This document shows positions 47,265-57,159 of a DNA stretch of 64,000 nt, one piece after another (the first letter of the stretch is position 1; the number at the start of each line of letters is the position of its first letter). Made by a program: the position numbers and the translations under genes. Source of the stretch: Candidatus Multivoradales bacterium (GTDB taxonomy: Bacteria > Acidobacteriota > Thermoanaerobaculia > Multivoradales > JAHEKO01); NCBI GenBank assembly GCA_965223855.1, contig CBDCXM010000009.1, forward strand, positions 2,720,001 to 2,784,000, in the 5' to 3' direction. The notes beneath the pieces are model-generated. The model did not search any database and was not told the origin of the DNA. It worked only from the letters and a program-made list of their open reading frames with translations.

Positions 47265-48328
47265 CAGGACTCTCCCGTGGGTTCGTTGGTCGATCGGCGG
47301 CCGCCCGGGCTCGAGTGGGCATGGGACCAGAGGGTGTGGGAGACGAACCACTCGCTGCCGCCGCGGAACCCGAAGAGCCCGGCGCAGGCGAGGAAGAACA
47401 GTCGCCAGCGGTGAAACCAGACCCCCGACGCCTCGCCGTAGGTGTCGCGAAAGCTTTCGAGCACAAGCTCCCTGTTTTCATCGAGCCGCTTGAGCCAGGC
47501 GAGCGCCGTCCGTTCGTAGTGCCGACCGCCGACGCGCCATCGCCGCTCGAGCGAGAGCGGGCCCGAGACGCTCTCGAAGTAGTGCGCCGAGGGCATCATC
47601 CCGCCGGTGAAGAAATGGCGCGCCATCCAGTCCGACTCGCCCTCCGGTTCGAAGAGATACGGGTAGCGGCGATGGCAGAAGACGTGGACGAACACCCTGC
47701 CTTCAGGGGCGAGCCAGTCGGCGAGGCGCCGGAACAGTGCGGCGTGGTTGCGGACGTGCTCGAACATCTCGATCGACAGGATGCGGTCGTAGGACCGGTC
47801 GGCGGTGAAGTCGTTGATGTCCGCGGTCCGGCAGGTGAGCTTGGTGAGACCGCGTTGAGCGGCCCGTTCGTCGACGAAGGCGCGCTGCGGTGCCGAGTTG
47901 GAGATCGCCGTCACCTCGCACGAGGGGTAGCGCTCGGCGATCCACAGCGAGAGCGACCCCCAGCCGCAGCCGAGATCGAGCACGCTCTGCCCGTCTTCGA
48001 GCCCGGCGCGGCGGCAGACGAGGTCGAGGGCGTCGGCCTCCGCGGTGTCGAGATCGGTCGCCTCCGACCAGTCGCAGCCGCTGTACTTGAGGTGCCTGCC
48101 CAGCACCGCCTCGAAGAAGGCGGGAGGCAGCTCATAGTGCTGCTCGTTGGCGTCGTCCGTTGCCACGGCGATCGGTCCACCGGTGACACGACCGGCGAAC
48201 GCTTCGTCGGACTCGGCGGACCGCTCGATCTCGCGCAGGCGCCCTTCGAGAAGCCTCCGGATTCCGAACCGAACGATCGATTCGGGGACGAGCCCCTTCT
48301 CGGCGAGACGGAGTCCGAGTCCGAGCAT
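47264..48328 (-). CDS. CMAS-family SAM methyltransferase
   Basis: ANEQHYELP, KYSG, LDLGCGWGS, SIEMFEH and HFFTGGMMPS. Confidence 0.9.
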   Translation of the reverse strand: MLGLGLRLAEKGLVPESIVRFGIRRLLEGRLREIERSAESDEAFAGRVTGGPIAVATDDANEQHYELPPAFFEAVLGRHLKYSGCDWSEATDLDTAEADALDLVCRRAGLEDGQSVLDLGCGWGSLSLWIAERYPSCEVTAISNSAPQRAFVDERAAQRGLTKLTCRTADINDFTADRSYDRILSIEMFEHVRNHAALFRRLADWLAPEGRVFVHVFCHRRYPYLFEPEGESDWMARHFFTGGMMPSAHYFESVSGPLSLERRWRVGGRHYERTALAWLKRLDENRELVLESFRDTYGEASGVWFHRWRLFFLACAGLFGFRGGSEWFVSHTLWSHAHSSPGGRRSTNEPTGES

Positions 48329-49593
48329 CAGCCGGCTGCCCCGGTTGCCGGAGACTCCGCTTCGAGCAGCAACTGGACGTCGCCGATGGTGCGCTCCAGG
48401 AAGCCGCCGGCGCAGTAGTCGAAGTAGTAGCGCCACTTGCGGCGCTCGAAAGCATCGAGTCCGAGGGTCGCGATCTCGGACTCACGATCGAGGAAGCGGT
48501 CGCGCCACGCGTGGAGGGTCGTCGCATAGTGCCGGCTGATGTCGTGGAGGTGGAGGAGCGTGAGCGCCCCGGTCCGGGCGATGCAGTCCCGCATCCGCCG
48601 CACCGACGGAAGGAGGGCCCCCGGGAAGATCGCGTGCTGAATGAAATCGACCTCGCGGCGGTAGAGCTCGTAGCGGTCATCCGGGATCGTGATCGCCTGG
48701 ATCAGGGCCCGGCCGCCGGGGGCGAGGAGCCGCGCGATCGTTTCGAAGTAGGCGGGCAGATAGCGATGGCCGACTGCCTCGATCATCTCGATCGAGACGA
48801 GCTTGTCGAACGGCCCGAGTGCGGCCTCCGGAAGATCGCGGTAGTCGAGCTGGACGACGTCGACCCAATCGTCGAGTCCCTCCCGGCGGACCATCGCGCG
48901 GCTGTACTCGAGCTGGCGATTCGAGATCGTCGTCGTCGTGACCCGGCAGCCGTAGTGCCTGGCCGCGTGCACCGCAAGGGCGCCCCAACCGGTGCCGATC
49001 TCGACGAGGCGGTCGCCGGAAGCGAGCTCGAGCCGGCGGCAGATCGTGTCGAGCTTGTGCCGCTGCGCCTCCTCGAGAGTCGAGTGCTCTTCCGGGAAGA
49101 TGGCGCACGAGTAGGTCAGCGTCGGATCGAGGAAGGTCGAGAAGAACTCGTTGCCGGTGTCGTAGTGTGCCGCGATGTTGCGGCGACTTCCGGAGCGGGA
49201 GTTGTTGCGGAGCCGGTGGAGGCCACGACGCAGCGGCTTGACGAGACGGCCGAACCGGCCGTCGATGCGATCGAGCGCAGTGAGGTTGCGCGCGAAGACG
49301 CGAGCCAGCGCGGTGAGGTCGGGGGAAGACCACAGTCCCTCGCAGAACGCCTCTCCGGCGCCGATCGAGCCGCCCCAGGCGGCACGCTCCCAGAAGCGAG
49401 GATCGTGAACCTCCAGCACGGCTTCGAGAGGCTCGACCGGATCCGCGGCTCCGAAAACGAGGACGGCGTCGCCCTCCCGAACTTCGAGCACGCCCCTCTC
49501 GAGGCGCTCCAGCTGTGCGAGAACCAGGCTTCTGGCGCGGTGCGCCCAGAAGCCTCCTGCGCGGAGTCCGCTCGTCGTCACTTCGGCTCCCAT
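48328..49593 (-). CDS. cfa: Cyclopropane-fatty-acyl-phospholipid synthase family methyltransferase (UfaM-like)
   Basis: NIAAHYDTGN, TYSCA, EIGTGWG, SIEMIEAVG and IFPG. Confidence 0.88.
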   Translation of the reverse strand: MGAEVTTSGLRAGGFWAHRARSLVLAQLERLERGVLEVREGDAVLVFGAADPVEPLEAVLEVHDPRFWERAAWGGSIGAGEAFCEGLWSSPDLTALARVFARNLTALDRIDGRFGRLVKPLRRGLHRLRNNSRSGSRRNIAAHYDTGNEFFSTFLDPTLTYSCAIFPEEHSTLEEAQRHKLDTICRRLELASGDRLVEIGTGWGALAVHAARHYGCRVTTTTISNRQLEYSRAMVRREGLDDWVDVVQLDYRDLPEAALGPFDKLVSIEMIEAVGHRYLPAYFETIARLLAPGGRALIQAITIPDDRYELYRREVDFIQHAIFPGALLPSVRRMRDCIARTGALTLLHLHDISRHYATTLHAWRDRFLDRESEIATLGLDAFERRKWRYYFDYCAGGFLERTIGDVQLLLEAESPATGAAG

Positions 49594-49599
49594 CTCCCG

Positions 49600-50364
49600 C
49601 TATCCCGCCTCGCGATGCCGCGGATGCGGATGGAAGGGGACTCGCTTGAGCCACAGGCGAAGCGCCTGCCAGTGGATTCGAGCGACGATGGCGAGCGTCA
49701 TCAGAGGAAAGCGAGCGAGTGCCAGCGCCAGGCTGCGGCCGTCGATCGAGCGCCGCTCGAGTCTGAGAGTGGCGTCGAAGAACGGCTCGCCGTCGCGGGT
49801 GCAGTCGATATGGACGGCGAGCGTCTTCGACGGCTGGCTCGTTCGCCAGGTGTAGCTCGAGTCCATTCCCATGAACGGCGAGACGTGAAACTGCTTGCCG
49901 CTCCTGTAGACATGGGCGCCCTTGGACGCCTCCGTGGACCCGAACACGTAGCAGTACTGCTCGCCCCATGGGGTGTTGTTGACCTCGGCGACGAACGCCT
50001 GAAGTGCCCCTCCCGCAGGGTCGAGGCAGTAGTAGAAGCTCACCGGATTGAAGCCGTGGCCGAAGTAGCGCAGGTGGGTCAGCAGCCGGATCGGCCCGTT
50101 CGGACGGAAGCCGCATCGCTCCTCGACCAGATCCCGGACGGCTTCGCCGAGCGGCCGGTCGGGGTCTCCGAGGTGGGCCGAGCGGTCGAACCAGGCGACG
50201 TTGCGGCGACCGATCGACCACAGCCAGCGACCGTCGAAGACCCGGTCGAGTTCGTCGAGGTCGAGGCACATCATGAAGAGGCGGTAGCGGAAGGAGTGCG
50301 GGGTCGGGAGTCGTCGCCGGTGCCGCACCTTGCCGACGTAGAGCGCGCTCGAGAGAGTCGTCAC
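49600..50364 (-). CDS. DUF1365 protein (UfaO-like)
   Basis: [33 protein letters not shown] and IHWQALRLW. Confidence 0.92.
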   Translation of the reverse strand: MTTLSSALYVGKVRHRRRLPTPHSFRYRLFMMCLDLDELDRVFDGRWLWSIGRRNVAWFDRSAHLGDPDRPLGEAVRDLVEERCGFRPNGPIRLLTHLRYFGHGFNPVSFYYCLDPAGGALQAFVAEVNNTPWGEQYCYVFGSTEASKGAHVYRSGKQFHVSPFMGMDSSYTWRTSQPSKTLAVHIDCTRDGEPFFDATLRLERRSIDGRSLALALARFPLMTLAIVARIHWQALRLWLKRVPFHPHPRHREAG

Positions 50365-51599
50365 AGCGTCGCTCCGAACCGCTCGCAGACCCGCAGCGCG
50401 CTGACGACCCCATCCTCGTGGAACCCGTTCGCCCAGTAGGCGCCGCAGTAGTGGATGCGGTCGACGCCGCTGATCTCGGCGTGCCTGGCCTGCGCGGCAA
50501 CTCCGCCCTCGGTGAATAACGGGTGCTCGAAGTCGAACGACGCCAGCTTCGAGGCGTCCTCGATCTCCTCTTCGAGGTTGAGCGAAACGCAGAAACGGGT
50601 TCGGGTGGGAAGGCGCTGCAGACGGGTCATGTCGTAGGTGACGGCCACCGGTCTTCCACGCTCGCGCGGTACCCGGTAGTTCCAACTCGCCCGGGCTCGC
50701 GGGGCCCTGGCCAGGACTGATTCCTGAGTGTGCAGGATGGCACGGTTGGGCTGGTAGGGCAGAGCGGCGAGGATCTCGCGCTCGGCGTCGGTGGGTCGGG
50801 TGAGCATCCGCAGGGCCTGATCGCTGTGGGTGGCGACGATCACGTGGTCGAAGACTTCCGTGCCGGCTGAGGAGACCAGTTGTACCCCTTCCTCGCGCCT
50901 GTCGATCGACCGCACGCCACAGGAGGTTCGGATGCGGTTCGCGAACGGTTGCGTCAAGCGCTCGACGTAGCGCCCCGATCCGCCGGTGACCACTCTCCAG
51001 TCGAGATGACCGGTCGCACCGAGCAGGCGATGATGGTCGAGGAAGCCGAGGATGAATGAGGCCGGAGCTCGCCGCGCCCGGCCCGGGTCGGTCGACCAGA
51101 TCGCCGCAGTCATCGGCAGGACGTGACGGTCGATCACGGCGGCGGAGAAACGGTGCCGGGCGAGGAACTCGCCCAGAGTGCCGCTGACACCGCGATCGAC
51201 CGCGCGTCGCGCCACCCGATGAAAGCGGAGGATCTCCAGCGCGAAGGCGTGGTACGAAGGCTGGACGATTCTCTTCGATTGGGCGAAGAGGGTGGCCAGG
51301 TTGGTCCCCGCGTACTCGATGCCGGTGCGGTCGCAACGAACACCGAAACTCATCTCGCTCGCCTGGGTGGCGACCCCGAGCCGGTCGAGGAGACGGGTGA
51401 AGTTGGGGTAGTTCGGCTCGTTGTAGACGATGAAGCCGGCATCGACCGCGTGTCTCTCCCCGTCCCCGCTCACTTCGGTGGTGCAGGTGTGGCCGCCGAC
51501 GCGGTCTACCTTCTCGAACACCGTGACGTCGTGCTCGGTCGAGAGCAGATACGCCGCGGTCAGCCCGGAGATCCCGCTGCCTACGATGGCGAGCTTCAA
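50361..51599 (-). CDS. FAD-dependent oxidoreductase (UfaD-like)
   Basis: [30 protein letters not shown] and GFHEDG. Confidence 0.92.
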   Translation of the reverse strand: MKLAIVGSGISGLTAAYLLSTEHDVTVFEKVDRVGGHTCTTEVSGDGERHAVDAGFIVYNEPNYPNFTRLLDRLGVATQASEMSFGVRCDRTGIEYAGTNLATLFAQSKRIVQPSYHAFALEILRFHRVARRAVDRGVSGTLGEFLARHRFSAAVIDRHVLPMTAAIWSTDPGRARRAPASFILGFLDHHRLLGATGHLDWRVVTGGSGRYVERLTQPFANRIRTSCGVRSIDRREEGVQLVSSAGTEVFDHVIVATHSDQALRMLTRPTDAEREILAALPYQPNRAILHTQESVLARAPRARASWNYRVPRERGRPVAVTYDMTRLQRLPTRTRFCVSLNLEEEIEDASKLASFDFEHPLFTEGGVAAQARHAEISGVDRIHYCGAYWANGFHEDGVVSALRVCERFGATL

Positions 51600-51625
51600 A
51601 GTTCCCTCGAGGGAGAATCCGTGCG

Positions 51626-52432
51626 TCAGCTCGAAGAGCCGGTGCTGCCCACAGAGCCCTCGCCCTTAGCCCGGGTGGCCGGCGCGAGGCGGGTCCGGGG
51701 TCGGGTCTTCACGCGCGCCAGACCGCCGTCGACCCCCCACACCTGGCCCGTTACCCATGCGGCCTGGTCGCCGAGGAGCCAGGCAACGAGATCGGAGGTG
51801 GCGGTGTGGTTGCCGACTTCTCCCAGGGGGTGGAGAGCGATCGACGCCTCCCTCGAGGCGTCCGAGGCGAGGAGCTTCTCGGTCATCGCAGACTCCACCA
51901 TTCCCGGAGCGATGGCGTTGATCCGGACTCCCTGGCCGGCATAGGTCGCGGCGGCCGCGCGAGTGAGCCCGGCGACTCCCGCCTTGGCGGCGGCGATCGC
52001 CTCATGGTTGGTGAGGCCGATCTCTGCGGCCGCGGAGGCGACGAGCACGATCGAGCCGCCGTCGCGCCTCAGGAGCGGGGCCGCCGCGCGCACCGTGGCG
52101 AACGCCGAGGTGAGATTAGCGGCGATCGTCTCGTCGTACTCACGACGGCTGGTGAGGTGGGCCGGCTTCAGCAGCAGAGAGCCGGCACAGTTGACGACGC
52201 CTCCGAGATCGAGCGTCTCGGCGGCAGAGGTCAGGAAGCGCGAAACCTGATCGAAATCGGAGGCGTCGACGGGGAGGGCGGTCGCTCGGTCGAAACTTTC
52301 GCAGCGAGCGGGATCGCGGGCTCCGAGAACCAGTGGAGTGCCTGTCGCGGAGAGTCGGCGGGCGAGCGCCGTACCGAGGCCGCCACTCGCACCGAGAATG
52401 GCGACGCCGCGCTGATGTGTGTTCGGTGTCAT
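51626..52432 (-). CDS. Short-chain dehydrogenase/reductase
   Basis: [26 protein letters not shown] and VDGG. Confidence 0.9.
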   Translation of the reverse strand: MTPNTHQRGVAILGASGGLGTALARRLSATGTPLVLGARDPARCESFDRATALPVDASDFDQVSRFLTSAAETLDLGGVVNCAGSLLLKPAHLTSRREYDETIAANLTSAFATVRAAAPLLRRDGGSIVLVASAAAEIGLTNHEAIAAAKAGVAGLTRAAAATYAGQGVRINAIAPGMVESAMTEKLLASDASREASIALHPLGEVGNHTATSDLVAWLLGDQAAWVTGQVWGVDGGLARVKTRPRTRLAPATRAKGEGSVGSTGSSS

Positions 52433-52443
52433 CGAGAGAAAAC

Positions 52444-52582
52444 AGTCAAAACGATCACGCAGAGTGAACCAAGAGGAACCGGCTCCTGTCAAGTGGGACG
52501 CTTTGACGAGCCTGCTTGTTGGCTCGTTCAGCTTGACCCGATTGGGCACGGTCCGTAGTCTGTAACTCGTTCAAGTCGGTCA
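52444..52582. promoter_or_regulatory. 9-bp-spaced GTTCA-like direct repeats between the SDR and regulator genes
   Basis: AGTCA/GATCA at 52444/52453, GTTCA at 52526, GTTCA/GGTCA at 52569/52578. Confidence 0.5.
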
Positions 52583-52644
52583 GGCTCGGAGGGAGCCTCC
52601 AGGGAATCCAATCCCGAGACCGCATCCTCGCGGAGCACATTTCG

Positions 52645-53571
52645 ATGACCACCCTGCTCTCACCCCGCGAAGTCGCTGCTGCGATCGGCGCGAGCGAGTC
52701 GTCGGTCAAACGCTGGGTGGACGACGGCAGGATCCGGGCCGCCCGCACGGTGGGCGGGCACCGCCGGATTGCGATCGAAGAGGCGGTCGGATTCGTTCGG
52801 AGGGAGGGGCTTGAACTCGTCCGGCCCGAGCTGCTGGGGCTGAGGCTGTGGGACGAAGATCCAGGAGACGATCGCGACGAGTCGCTCTACCGGCTGCTCG
52901 AGTCGGGTCTCGAAACGGAGGCGACGGGACTCATCCTGTCCGCCTACCTGGCGGGCGAGAGCCCGGCTCGCCTCGTGGACGGCCCGATCGCCGGTTCGAT
53001 GCGCAGAATCGGAACCCTGTGGAGGGAAGAGCGCGACGGCATCTTCAAGGAGCATCGAGCGACGCGGATCGTGGTGGCGGCACTTCATCGTCTGCGCTCG
53101 CTGTGCCGGCCGGCCTCGGACGCGCCACTCGCCATCGGCGGCGCGCCGGAAGGAGACATCTACGCGATTCCGTCGCTGGCTGCGGCGCTGGTCGCGGAAA
53201 ACGCCGGACTGCGCGCCGTCGACCTCGGTCCGCAGACTCCGCTCGAAACGCTGGGCGACGGCGCGATACGGCTCTCCGCCCGCCTGGTCTGGCTCAGTGT
53301 GAGCGTCGCGGAGTCCCCCGATCTGGAGGGGGAGGTCGGTGCTCTCGCCACCAGGCTCGAACGGGCTGGAGCCGCTCTGATCGTCGGTGGTTGCGCCGCG
53401 GAGACACTCGCCCTCAAGGGCGGCGCCTTCCAGCGAGGGCGAACGATGGCCGAACTCGAAGCGCTGGCGCGGGGTGTGGCGGTCGGCGCCGAGCGGAAGC
53501 GTCAGATCCGCTCGGGAGGCGAGTCGGTCGATCCTCCGGAGAGCAGGGCACGCGACTCCCGGGCGCGATAG
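52645..53571 (+). CDS. CarH/LitR-like regulator (MerR/excisionase-type HTH plus cobalamin-binding-like domain)
   Basis: SESSVKRW..RTVGGHRR, W-x9-EH, LGPQTP and IVGG. Confidence 0.85.
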   Translation: MTTLLSPREVAAAIGASESSVKRWVDDGRIRAARTVGGHRRIAIEEAVGFVRREGLELVRPELLGLRLWDEDPGDDRDESLYRLLESGLETEATGLILSAYLAGESPARLVDGPIAGSMRRIGTLWREERDGIFKEHRATRIVVAALHRLRSLCRPASDAPLAIGGAPEGDIYAIPSLAAALVAENAGLRAVDLGPQTPLETLGDGAIRLSARLVWLSVSVAESPDLEGEVGALATRLERAGAALIVGGCAAETLALKGGAFQRGRTMAELEALARGVAVGAERKRQIRSGGESVDPPESRARDSRAR

Positions 53572-54017
53572 TCGAAGAGCCGTCGCAGGTCGGGTCGGAC
53601 GAGTCGGCGGTCGAAGGGCCGGCCGAGGAAGGTCCGGAACGTGACGACATCCAACACCTCGATGCCGTCCGGGGTTTCCGTGAAGTGATGCTCATGGCGG
53701 AAGAAGGAGAACGGGCCGCGCGCCTGCTCGTAGGCGAAGAAGCGCTCGGGCAGCCAATCGGTGATCAGACTGGACCATGTCAGCGGCACGCCCCGCCAGC
53801 GGAAGCGATAGGAGATCGTGGCTCCGGGCCGCAGGTCGGGCAGATCTCGTTCGATCGGTGTGAGGCGGAACCAGGGCGGGGTCACTCTGTCGAGCTTCCT
53901 CGGATCCGCCAGTAGCGCGAAGACGTCCCGACGGCGGGCGACGAAACTCTCCAGGTGCGAGAAGGTCGTCAGCTGGGTGGCCGTGCCGGCCCGGGCGTGC
54001 TCGCCGGAATGAATCAC
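53502..54017 (-). CDS. SRPBCC (START-like) family protein
   Basis: LDRVTPPW, QARGPF..HEHHF and LFDYR. Confidence 0.85.
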   Translation of the reverse strand: MIHSGEHARAGTATQLTTFSHLESFVARRRDVFALLADPRKLDRVTPPWFRLTPIERDLPDLRPGATISYRFRWRGVPLTWSSLITDWLPERFFAYEQARGPFSFFRHEHHFTETPDGIEVLDVVTFRTFLGRPFDRRLVRPDLRRLFDYRARESRALLSGGSTDSPPERI

Positions 54018-55369
54018 GGCCGGGTGCGCCCGAGAAGGTGTCGGAGAGCGGACTCGAGGTCGTGGTCGAAGAAGTCGAAGCCGGCCTCGAGGAGCCTCGA
54101 CGGAAGTGCGCGCTGGCTGGCGAGCAACATCTCTTCCGCCATCTCTCCGAAGGCGGCTCGGGCGACGGGCGCCGGCAGTGGTGCCAACGCGGGTCGCCTG
54201 AGCACCTTGCCCAGAGTGCGGGCGAAGTCACGACTCGTCACGGGATGTGGCGAGACGACGTTGAAGGCTCCCGCGAGGGAGCGATTCATGATGGCCTCGA
54301 AGACAGCGCCGACCGCGTCGTCGATCGAGACCCAGCTCAGGAACTGATCTCCGCTGCCCACCGGGCCTCCGAGTCCCAGGCGGAACGGGGGCAGCATGCG
54401 GCCGAGGGCTCCGCCGCGCGGGGTGAGGATGACGCCGAAGCGCAGCAGCACGACTCGGATCCCGAACTGCTCCGCTTCGCGTGCGGCGGCCTCCCATTCC
54501 CGGCACAATTGTGCGAGGAACCCCTCACCCGGGGAGGAGTCCTCCGTCAGCTCTTCCCCCTGGCGCGAGCCGTAGATGCCGACGGCGGAGGCGCACACCA
54601 GAGTGGTAGGCGGATTGTCGAGCCGGCGAAGCGAAGCGACCAGTTGGCGCGTGCCCTCCACCCGGCTCGCGAAGATCCTTTCCTTCTGGCTCGGGGACCA
54701 GCGGCGGGCCGCGATGTTCTCGCCGGCAAGGTGGAGCAGGGTGTCGCACTGGAGATCGGTTCCGGGCAGCAGGCCGGCTGTCGGCGACCAGTGAGGGGAG
54801 TCCCCACCCCGTGTGAGCTCCGCGACCTCATGGCCTCCGGTGCGCAGAAAGGGCGTGACGTGACGACCGACGAGGCCGCTGGCACCGGTGACGGCTATGT
54901 TGCGCGATGGCGGGGCCGGATGCCGGGCATGCCGGGCGAGATCCCTGCGGGTCGCCTCGTGGCGGAAATCGAAGAGGGTGTCGAGTTGTCGGGAAACCGT
55001 GCCTCGCAGAGGGGCGGAGAGCGGTTCGAGAGGGAGCTCGAAGTCGATCCGATCACGCAGCTTCACCCCCTGGGAGACGTCGGCGAACGAGTGACGGTGA
55101 CGCCACCGCCGGAAGGGGCCTCGGACCTGAACGTCGGTGAAGCCGTGCCCGGGCTCGACCTCGAGATGCTCCGCGACCCATCGCAACGGCATCCAGCGCG
55201 GTCCGAGTTCGAGCACGGCGCGCGAGCCGTTCGCGACCGGCGCCGGACGGACCATGCGGACCGACTGCCAGGGAGGAGACAGCCTCTCGAACGCACCGCT
55301 GCGAGCGTGCCACCAGTAGGCGTCGGCAGCGGAATGAGGGAGGATGGACTCGAAGCTGCGGGTGGTCAT
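54014..55369 (-). CDS. SRPBCC domain fused to a TIGR01777-type NAD-dependent epimerase
   Basis: N-terminal GAFERLSPPW..GPFRRWRHRH, then TGASGLVG, HLAGENIA, ASAVGIYG and LLASQR. Confidence 0.9.
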   Translation of the reverse strand: MTTRSFESILPHSAADAYWWHARSGAFERLSPPWQSVRMVRPAPVANGSRAVLELGPRWMPLRWVAEHLEVEPGHGFTDVQVRGPFRRWRHRHSFADVSQGVKLRDRIDFELPLEPLSAPLRGTVSRQLDTLFDFRHEATRRDLARHARHPAPPSRNIAVTGASGLVGRHVTPFLRTGGHEVAELTRGGDSPHWSPTAGLLPGTDLQCDTLLHLAGENIAARRWSPSQKERIFASRVEGTRQLVASLRRLDNPPTTLVCASAVGIYGSRQGEELTEDSSPGEGFLAQLCREWEAAAREAEQFGIRVVLLRFGVILTPRGGALGRMLPPFRLGLGGPVGSGDQFLSWVSIDDAVGAVFEAIMNRSLAGAFNVVSPHPVTSRDFARTLGKVLRRPALAPLPAPVARAAFGEMAEEMLLASQRALPSRLLEAGFDFFDHDLESALRHLLGRTRP

Positions 55370-55385
55370 GGGGCGATCATCGGCA

Positions 55386-55408
55386 GGTCAAAACGTTCAA
55401 ATCGTTCA
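55386..55408. promoter_or_regulatory. Three 9-bp direct repeats GGTCAAAAC GTTCAAATC GTTCA
   Basis: Located in the divergent intergenic region between the epimerase and DUF2878 genes. Confidence 0.6.
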
Positions 55409-55444
55409 CATGGTAACGCGAACCCGTGCCGAGGTCGAGACCTG

Positions 55445-56032
55445 GTGAGAATCCCTCTTCGACGTTCCGAGGGAGAGCTCTCCTCGAACACCGCCAATCT
55501 GCTGCTCTATCAGGCCGGGTGGTGGGCCTGCGTACTGGGTGGAGCGTCCGGTCGGGGAGACCTGGGTGCAGCGGTTGCGGCGAGTCTCGTCCTTCTTCAC
55601 CTCGGGTTGGCGAGCGAGCGAAGGGTCGAGCTGGGGATGGTCGGAGTGTCGCTCACCCTCGGGCTCGTCTTCGAGCCGCTGCTCGTGGCTTCGGGGGCGA
55701 TCCACTACGCCGGAGAAGCCGGAGGGCCGGCGAACTGGCCGACCGCGTGGATCGGCGCCCTCTGGCTCCAGTTCGGCACACTCTTCCGCTACGGCCTGTG
55801 GTGGCTGGCGGGCCGGCCCGTGCTCGGGCTCCTCCTGGGTGCCGTCGGAGGCCCGCTCACCTTCGTCGCGGGAGAGAGGCTCGGCGCGGTGACACTAGGC
55901 GAGCCGCGCTCGCTCGCCCTCGTCCTGCTGGCACTGGTTTGGGCGGTGGCGCTGCCGCTGCTGGCCGCGACCGCTGCTCGCAGCGGTTCGGCCGGTCGCT
56001 ATCGCGCCTCGCCGGCGCGCGCGTCCCGCTGA
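55445..56032 (+). CDS. DUF2878 membrane protein
   Basis: NLLLYQAGWWACV, WIGALW and GAVGGPLTF..GERLGAV. Start uncertain. Confidence 0.8.
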   Translation: MRIPLRRSEGELSSNTANLLLYQAGWWACVLGGASGRGDLGAAVAASLVLLHLGLASERRVELGMVGVSLTLGLVFEPLLVASGAIHYAGEAGGPANWPTAWIGALWLQFGTLFRYGLWWLAGRPVLGLLLGAVGGPLTFVAGERLGAVTLGEPRSLALVLLALVWAVALPLLAATAARSGSAGRYRASPARASR

Positions 56033-56054
56033 GCGAAGCCTCCTGAGAGTGCGC

Positions 56055-56510
56055 TCAGGGGTGAATCACTTCGAGGGTGTACGAAACGGTGATGTCCTCG
56101 AAGATGTTGCCGACGTCCGACACGCAGGTGCAGTAGGCGCCGGGCGGCAGGTTGGAGGAGAGGAAGTCCTCGAACAACCGCACCGACGTGTCCTGGGCGA
56201 AACCGACACAGTTCTCGGGATCCGCAGGATCGGGTTGCCCGAGCAGAATGCCCACGGTGAGCGTCGTCAGCGGCTGAAGATCGATGACTTCGAGGACCGT
56301 GTCGCCGGTGGCGACCGTCGTGAAGTCGTGACAGGACATCTCTCCCAGCGCGAGCATGCCGTCGAACGTCTCCGTCACCGTCGGCGGGTCCACAGGCTCC
56401 ACGGGTGTCGGCGCCGTAGGGGCATCCTCCTCGCAGCCGGTGATGAAGAGGGCCAGCAGGAGGCAGGGTGTCAGGCGGCGCAGCAGCCGGGCGGAAGCAT
56501 CGAGACGCAT
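56055..56510 (-). CDS. Hypothetical lipoprotein
   Basis: Lipobox ITGC, Pro-rich linker and beta-rich domain with paired Cys. Confidence 0.75.
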   Translation of the reverse strand: MRLDASARLLRRLTPCLLLALFITGCEEDAPTAPTPVEPVDPPTVTETFDGMLALGEMSCHDFTTVATGDTVLEVIDLQPLTTLTVGILLGQPDPADPENCVGFAQDTSVRLFEDFLSSNLPPGAYCTCVSDVGNIFEDITVSYTLEVIHP

Positions 56511-56540
56511 TCGTCGACCTTTCTGGGAAAGCGGGCGGTG

Positions 56541-56969
56541 TCAGGAGATGGTGACGCTGAGCGCGTAGCCGATCAGCGCGTCGTCGGGGAGCGATCCGGA
56601 GTCGAAGACCTCGAGACAATAGTCACCGGCCGCCAGACCGAAGGAGACCCTACCGAGCTCTGCGAGAGTGAACGAACTCGACAGGTCGCACTCGTCACCG
56701 TCGGGCCTGCCGAGACCGAGCCCCACGGTCAGGTTGACCGAGTCGGCGCCGACGGGCAGCTGGATGAGAATCGGCCGCAGATCGGCGATATCGACGACGA
56801 CGGCGCCTTCGTCCGCCAGCGAGATCGGATGGGCGCTGCGCCCGTCGGTCTCGAGGGTTCCTTCGAGCACGAGAACCTGTCGTGGCGACGAGGGAGAGTC
56901 GCCGGAGCAGCCGGTCAGGGCCAGCAGACAGAGCGCGGCGGCGGAGAGAATGCGCGAGGCGGATTGCAC
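56541..56969 (-). CDS. Hypothetical lipoprotein, probable paralog of its neighbour
   Basis: Lipobox LTGC; shares the L(T)VG..LG.P..C..L..G.YC..V.D.G pattern. Confidence 0.75.
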   Translation of the reverse strand: MQSASRILSAAALCLLALTGCSGDSPSSPRQVLVLEGTLETDGRSAHPISLADEGAVVVDIADLRPILIQLPVGADSVNLTVGLGLGRPDGDECDLSSSFTLAELGRVSFGLAAGDYCLEVFDSGSLPDDALIGYALSVTIS

Positions 56970-57159
56970 GGGGATCTGAGTCCTGAGTGGTCTGAGGCGG
57001 CGAATCTCGGCGGCTCGGCACCGAGTGCCTATTCTAAGGGTTTCGGAAGCTGTTTGATTCCGGCTGGTGTGGCATCAACCGCTGCCGAACCCGGGAACGG
57101 CGTCGCATCCTCTCACAAGCGGGGTCGCCGGGCATGGCGCCAGCAGGCATAATGCCTCG

